Of a DNA stretch of 64,000 bases, positions 59,972-64,000 are shown piece by piece. The position numbers were made by a program, and so were the translations under genes. The DNA comes from a virus (Duplodnaviria; Caudoviricetes): IMG/VR virus record IMGVR_UViG_3300033121_001921, positions 16,537-80,536 of that record. The stretch is one strand, 5' to 3'. The notes below the pieces were generated by a model. The model did no database searches and had not been told where the DNA came from. It was given only the letters and a program-made list of their open reading frames with translations. Each line of letters begins with the position of its first letter. Within the stretch, counting starts at the first letter, position 1.

Positions 59972-60235
59972 ATGAAGCGATTTCACGAAACCGCTGATGG
60001 CAAGTTCATTGAACTAAAGGACTTGACAGACGAGCACCTTGCCAACATCATAAAGATGATTGAACGCAAGGCCAAGGATGGCATTGATCTCGTGTTCGGC
60101 GGAGGACACGGTGATTACGAAGAAATGTGGGGTGATGTTGAACACCTGCATGGGCAGGAAGTCTTTGACCACTTCGGGTACGAGAAGTACAAGAAAGAGC
60201 AGCGTCGTCGTATTCGTCTTCGGAATGTGGCCTAA
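59972..60235 (+). CDS. cassette protein (about 48% GC); stop TAA lies inside the terminal TAAC box
   Basis: ELKDLTDEHLANII...; GCC TAA C. Confidence 0.75.
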   Translation: MKRFHETADGKFIELKDLTDEHLANIIKMIERKAKDGIDLVFGGGHGDYEEMWGDVEHLHGQEVFDHFGYEKYKKEQRRRIRLRNVA

Positions 60236-60358
60236 CGATTTGGTGTATATGTAGTGTGAGATTTGAAACACTAAACTTGACTGAACTACAAATGTTGATT
60301 AGAATGATGAACTTGAATATACCACTGAACCTCACATTACATATACACCTTGTTATGT
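60230..60358 (+). repeat. hairpin H10
   Basis: ggtgtatatgtagtgtgag/ctcacattacatatacacc stem. Confidence 0.9.
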
Positions 60359-60536
60359 GTAGGTGTGCTTATTTATCACCAACCTTCAATCGGAGAACTG
60401 AAAGAAAATTTTAGAAAAAAGAAGGGAGGGAAATTTTTAATAATTTTTAATCTTTGTGTCCTTAAATTTTTTATTTAAGAATTTTTTGTTATATTTGTAG
60501 AGTTGAATTAGTATTAATAACTAAATAAAAAATAAA

Positions 60537-61115
60537 ATGAATATAAATGAATTAACAAACCCAATAAAAGTGTGTGATTTATCATTAAACGAAAATGACA
60601 ATGATAGAGCATTGTGGAATATAACATGGAACAGAGATGTTGATAACACAATCCTTTCACAGAAAAATGGTAGATGTTATTATATTGTTGTTAATGGTGA
60701 AATATTCAAGATAGGATATTCAGATTGTGATGGTGGTATAAAATCAACCATAGGCTCATATAGAAGTTCTGGTAATTCCGGGAGACCTTCTGATAGAACA
60801 CATGGTATTCATGTTTTAATAGCGGAGCAATTATTATTAGGCAATAAAGTTGAAATATACTTTCATTATAATCCACTTATAAATGTTAATTTAACACTTA
60901 TGGATGGTTCTGTTGTTTCAATAGAAAATTCAATTTCTGGTAAAATATTAGAATTAAAAAACATGGAAATATATAAAAATAAACATAATGATTTTCCTGT
61001 TTGGAATTTACAAGAGGCTGGAAAACCTTGGCCGACACACATACAAGAAAGTAGAAATAACTTATTATCGGGAAATCCTTTAAAATTAAATGAAATAAAA
61101 GAAAGATTATTTTAA
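60537..61115 (+). CDS. putative GIY-YIG restriction-type endonuclease (Hpy188I-like)
   Basis: GRCYYIVVNGEIFKIGYSD...IKSTIGSY...VEIYF pattern, recalled similarity only. Confidence 0.55.
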   Translation: MNINELTNPIKVCDLSLNENDNDRALWNITWNRDVDNTILSQKNGRCYYIVVNGEIFKIGYSDCDGGIKSTIGSYRSSGNSGRPSDRTHGIHVLIAEQLLLGNKVEIYFHYNPLINVNLTLMDGSVVSIENSISGKILELKNMEIYKNKHNDFPVWNLQEAGKPWPTHIQESRNNLLSGNPLKLNEIKERLF

Positions 61116-62011
61116 TCTTTCTTTTTAACTATTAATATTTCGTGTGATTTTTTAACTACTTCACTATTGTTCAATTCTATTCTATTCTTACCAATTCTTT
61201 TTTCACCATTACTCATAGAATAATTCCACTCTGGAAAATAAAAATCAAAATCTTTGTAGTATTCTCTTATTGTTTCACAATTATTATACGAAAGGACAAA
61301 ATCACCATTATGTGATAATAGTAAATCTCTTAATAATTCGTGATCAAAACCACTATGATGAACATCTATATTTTTCATCGGATACATACCTTTGTGCATT
61401 TTATTATCACTATCTTTATCTAAAAAATAAGGTGGGTCAAGATACAAAAAATCGTTTTTATGTTTTATTATAGATTTTTCAAATGGTAATTGTTCAACTT
61501 TTAGATTATCACATTTGAAATCTTTTATTTTATCTATCATAGATCTCCATTTTTTATCATTTAGATAAACACTTGAACCCCAACCTAAATAACCTGGACC
61601 ATAAGAACAATTGTGATTGAAATAATAATATGCTGCCAACTTTATATCATCCAACTTTATTATATTTTCTCTTTTGTAGTGATCAGTATTCCAATCTTTC
61701 AACATTTCTTGCGTCTTATCTAAACACATCAATATTTCTTTAATTCTAATATACTCACTATCTGTTGGTTGTATTTTTAATAACTCATTATACAATTCTT
61801 TTGGTTTGTTTAGTAATATATTCCAAAAATTAACAAGTACATCAAATACATCATATCCAACAACTTCTTTATTTAGGTTTCCTGACCAATGGACTTCAAG
61901 GGATCCACCACCAATAAAGGGAGATACTATTTTATCATATTTTTCAACAAATGGTGTTATCTGTTTAATGGCTTTACTTTTACCACCAGCATATCTTAAT
62001 AATGTTTTCAT
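61112..62011 (-). CDS. D12/Dam-class N6-adenine DNA methyltransferase
   Basis: LRYAGGKSK, SPFIGGGS, YLDPPY. Confidence 0.92.
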   Translation of the reverse strand: MKTLLRYAGGKSKAIKQITPFVEKYDKIVSPFIGGGSLEVHWSGNLNKEVVGYDVFDVLVNFWNILLNKPKELYNELLKIQPTDSEYIRIKEILMCLDKTQEMLKDWNTDHYKRENIIKLDDIKLAAYYYFNHNCSYGPGYLGWGSSVYLNDKKWRSMIDKIKDFKCDNLKVEQLPFEKSIIKHKNDFLYLDPPYFLDKDSDNKMHKGMYPMKNIDVHHSGFDHELLRDLLLSHNGDFVLSYNNCETIREYYKDFDFYFPEWNYSMSNGEKRIGKNRIELNNSEVVKKSHEILIVKKKD

Positions 62012-62137
62012 AAATAAATTTCTTTTTCTTTTATATATTAAATTCCAAAATTAGTTTTCTGTATTTTCTGTAAAATAAATAAAACTTTATGAAATAATTA
62101 ATATATAAATTATAGTAGAAAAATTAAAAATAGTTTG

Positions 62138-62287
62138 ATGAAAAAGAGACGAGATAAAGAATACTTTACATTAAATCCAGAAGTTAGAAAAGAATTTCTA
62201 AAACATATAGAGGAAAATAACCTAAATAAATCAAAGTTGATAGAAACTCTTATAGAGGAATATATGAAAAAAGTTAAAGAAAAATAA
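62138..62287 (+). CDS. 49 aa ribbon-helix-helix-like putative regulator
   Basis: MKKRRDKEYFTLNPEVRKEF...NKSKLIETLIEEYM, hand translation. Confidence 0.55.
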   Translation: MKKRRDKEYFTLNPEVRKEFLKHIEENNLNKSKLIETLIEEYMKKVKEK

Positions 62288-62395
62288 AAAAATTTCTTAT
62301 CTTTGTGTTCTTAAAAAATTATTAAAAATGTGCGGTGGGTTTTTTCTAAAATTTTCTAACACAAAAGTTGATTCGGAGGACAGAACCACACTTAC

Positions 62396-62584
62396 ACATA
62401 ACGGTAGGGCGGTTGGCGCAGTGCGTATTATTAACGATAAACTAAATTAGAATGAAAGCAGAAGATTTTTACAAACAACGAAGCAACTCAATAAGGGAGT
62501 TGTGGGCATTATCACCAAAGCAAATTGAATACATAGGTTTGATTATGGAAGAGTATGCAGCATTGCGCCAACCGCCTGTTAGCA
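62396..62584 (+). repeat. hairpin H11 (loop encodes the first part of an ORF)
   Basis: ggcggttggcgcagtgc/gcattgcgccaaccgcc stem. Confidence 0.9.
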
Positions 62585-62676
62585 GCAGTTTTTCATCTGA
62601 AAGCGACCATATTTGTATGATGTACTTAGATAAGCAAAGAACTTGTATGGTTTGCGGTAAACAAAATTGCTGCTAA
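62452..62676 (+). CDS. 74 aa protein spanning H11 and a 100-bp cassette
   Basis: ...ALRQPP|VSSS...CMVCGKQNCC, stop in TAAC. Confidence 0.7.
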   Translation: MKAEDFYKQRSNSIRELWALSPKQIEYIGLIMEEYAALRQPPVSSSFSSESDHICMMYLDKQRTCMVCGKQNCC

Positions 62677-62791
62677 CGTTTTGCGTATATACGCAGTGCA
62701 ACCGAAAACTTTATTTGAAACACAAAAATTGAAATTATGATAAAAAATTTGATTGAAAAACTGAAAGCATTGCGTATATACGCTGTTATAA
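62671..62791 (+). repeat. hairpin H12 (ATG in loop)
   Basis: gcgtatatacgcagtgc/gcattgcgtatatacgc stem. Confidence 0.9.
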
Positions 62792-62991
62792 GCCGTTTTT
62801 TATTTCCATACAAAACTTGGATTGAAATGAGAGAAAAATCTAAAGACGAGTATGGAGAAAAATTATGCTACTGTGGACATACCTATAAATGCACTTGTTC
62901 CAATCCAGATAAAACTTTGTTTAAGGAAAGTATAAAACGTGGTAGTATAATTTTATGGGATAAAGAGAACGGTTGGAAAAATGGCTTATAA
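62737..62991 (+). CDS. 84 aa protein starting inside H12
   Basis: MIKNLIEKLKALRIYA|VISR...CYCGHTYKCTC, stop in TAAC. Confidence 0.72.
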   Translation: MIKNLIEKLKALRIYAVISRFLFPYKTWIEMREKSKDEYGEKLCYCGHTYKCTCSNPDKTLFKESIKRGSIILWDKENGWKNGL

Positions 62992-63116
62992 CGGCTGACG
63001 CTATACGAAGGTGGGGATTAAGATGCACAACCCTTGCTTACCGCACAAAAGCAAATTAGATGCACAACTGTACAATTTTGGCACACAGCCCCACTTTTGT
63101 ATAGCGTATGTTATAG
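62986..63116 (+). repeat. hairpin H13
   Basis: acgctatacgaaggtgggg/ccccacttttgtatagcgt stem. Confidence 0.9.
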
Positions 63117-63134
63117 GCTGTTAAAAAGAATTTT

Positions 63135-63386
63135 ATGACAACTGTTAAAGAACTTAGAGAATTACTCGCAACAATGCCTGATGATTATGAAGTGGTTATT
63201 TATCCGAAATATTCATCCGATAAAGTTGATGGATATAGAAAGCACAGATTTAGAATTGACCAAGTTTGTGAACAAGAACCGTATGCTGTATCAATTAAAG
63301 ACGATGCTGAAAAATTAAAAACTTATTTCGGGAGTAAAGATTATGAAGAATATGAGGTAAATAACCACGTAGCTATTCTTTTTTAA
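63135..63386 (+). CDS. cassette hypothetical protein
   Basis: MTTVKELRELLATMPDDYEV. Confidence 0.75.
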   Translation: MTTVKELRELLATMPDDYEVVIYPKYSSDKVDGYRKHRFRIDQVCEQEPYAVSIKDDAEKLKTYFGSKDYEEYEVNNHVAILF

Positions 63387-63390
63387 TTGC

Positions 63391-63444
63391 CTATAACGTC
63401 TGATGATAAACAATCGTTTTAATGTTGTTTATCATTTGTTATAT
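63391..63444 (+). repeat. hairpin H14 (near-identical to H1)
   Basis: atgataaacaa/ttgtttatcat stem. Confidence 0.9.
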
Positions 63445-63477
63445 TTTAGTATCAAAAATTTTATACAAATTAAAAAT

Positions 63478-63849
63478 ATGAAAAAAGAAAAAGCGGAAAA
63501 GGAAATAAAACAACTATTAGATAGTGGTTTAAGTTTTGATTACAAAATTGATATGAATATCATAAATAAACAAATGTTCTGTATTGAACGGGAAGGATTT
63601 TCTATGGGCGATATTATATCAAAACTTAAAGAAGGTGAGAAAATTTTGTTCTATCTTAACGATGGTTATAGATCAGATTGGGATGATAAGAAAGGATATT
63701 CACCTCTTTATCAAATAAAAGATAGAGAAGGAAGTATCTATTGGAAACATGACACTTATGGAGAGTGTGTTCGTATAGATAGTGATATGGGTTCAATCAG
63801 AGAATGGTGTAACGAATTAAACGAAATTTATAGTATAAAAAATTCATAA
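63478..63849 (+). CDS. cassette hypothetical protein
   Basis: Start set at MKKEKAEKEI. Confidence 0.7.
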   Translation: MKKEKAEKEIKQLLDSGLSFDYKIDMNIINKQMFCIEREGFSMGDIISKLKEGEKILFYLNDGYRSDWDDKKGYSPLYQIKDREGSIYWKHDTYGECVRIDSDMGSIREWCNELNEIYSIKNS

Positions 63850-63864
63850 AATTTTTGATATTGA

Positions 63865-63995
63865 ATATAACGGTTGCAGATATACTCAATTTGGGATTAA
63901 ATAGTAGAAACTTTAAAATTAAGATAAAATGAATAAAGAGAAACAAGAGTGGGATAAACATCTAACACCCAAATTGGGTATATCTGATGTTATGC
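63865..63995 (+). repeat. hairpin H15 (ATG in loop)
   Basis: cagatatactcaatttggg/cccaaattgggtatatctg stem. Confidence 0.9.
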
Positions 63996-64000
63996 AACGT
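63929..64000 (+). CDS. partial ORF starting inside H15
   Basis: MNKEKQEWDKHLTPKLGISD|VMQR, GTT in frame. Confidence 0.6.
   Translation, partial: MNKEKQEWDKHLTPKLGISDVMQR

Larger units (their letters stand above)
55492..64000. mobile_element. integron-like array of hairpin-separated, TIR-flanked gene cassettes (continues off the right edge)
   Basis: 15 AACG...TGTT hairpins alternating with ORF segments bounded by GTT-X...X'-AAC inverted repeats; strong GC heterogeneity. Confidence 0.85.

Noticed and set aside
63403-63477. Track start inside H14 (MINNRFNVV...)
   Set aside because: GTT is out of frame and the peptide is just the palindrome; ATG 63478 with an A-rich leader is preferred.
55492-64000. 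CRISPR array
   Set aside because: The repeats are variable-length hairpins rather than identical 23-47 bp direct repeats, the gaps are 100-2050 bp and hold ORFs, and no cas genes are present.
55492-64000. Hairpins as ordinary rho-independent terminators
   Set aside because: No consistent U-tract, several hairpins contain promoters and start codons, and the fixed AACG/TGTT ends plus cassette-specific TIRs are not explained by termination.
55492-64000. DGR or retron
   Set aside because: No reverse transcriptase and no adenine-specific TR/VR pair were seen.

Overview
AT-rich (about 30% GC, visual estimate), gene-dense, standard-code DNA. It is best read as part of a large (jumbo) T4-like/myovirus phage of a Bacteroidota host. 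Phage evidence: T4-type topoisomerase II subunits, a T4 RNase H-like exonuclease and several homing endonucleases. Host evidence: a Bacteroidota-type GroES and TAnnTTTG promoter boxes. Auxiliary genes include GroEL/ES, ClpP, rhomboid, NusG, UvsE, UDG (5' end lost), a SpoT-like HD hydrolase, NUDIX, MazG-like and GT2. The main result is at 55.5-64 kb: an array of 15 asymmetric hairpins (AAC-G-N4-5-stem-loop-stem-N0-2-T-GTT) alternating with gene-bearing segments. Each segment has its own 9-25 bp GTT...AAC terminal inverted repeat. This looks like an integron-like shuffling cassette system with unusual geometry: promoters and start codons sit inside the hairpin loop, ORFs read through the GTT box, the hairpin appears to travel with the downstream gene, the array switches orientation internally, and no recombinase is visible in the window. 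Other notable signals: a T4 capsid-targeting-like N-terminal motif on about 18 proteins, a shared C-terminal RxxKI motif, a Pth2-like gene that begins ATG-AAA-TAG, and several illegitimate-recombination junctions. No rRNA, tRNA or CRISPR array was recognised. All family assignments come from motifs read by eye; no database searches were run.
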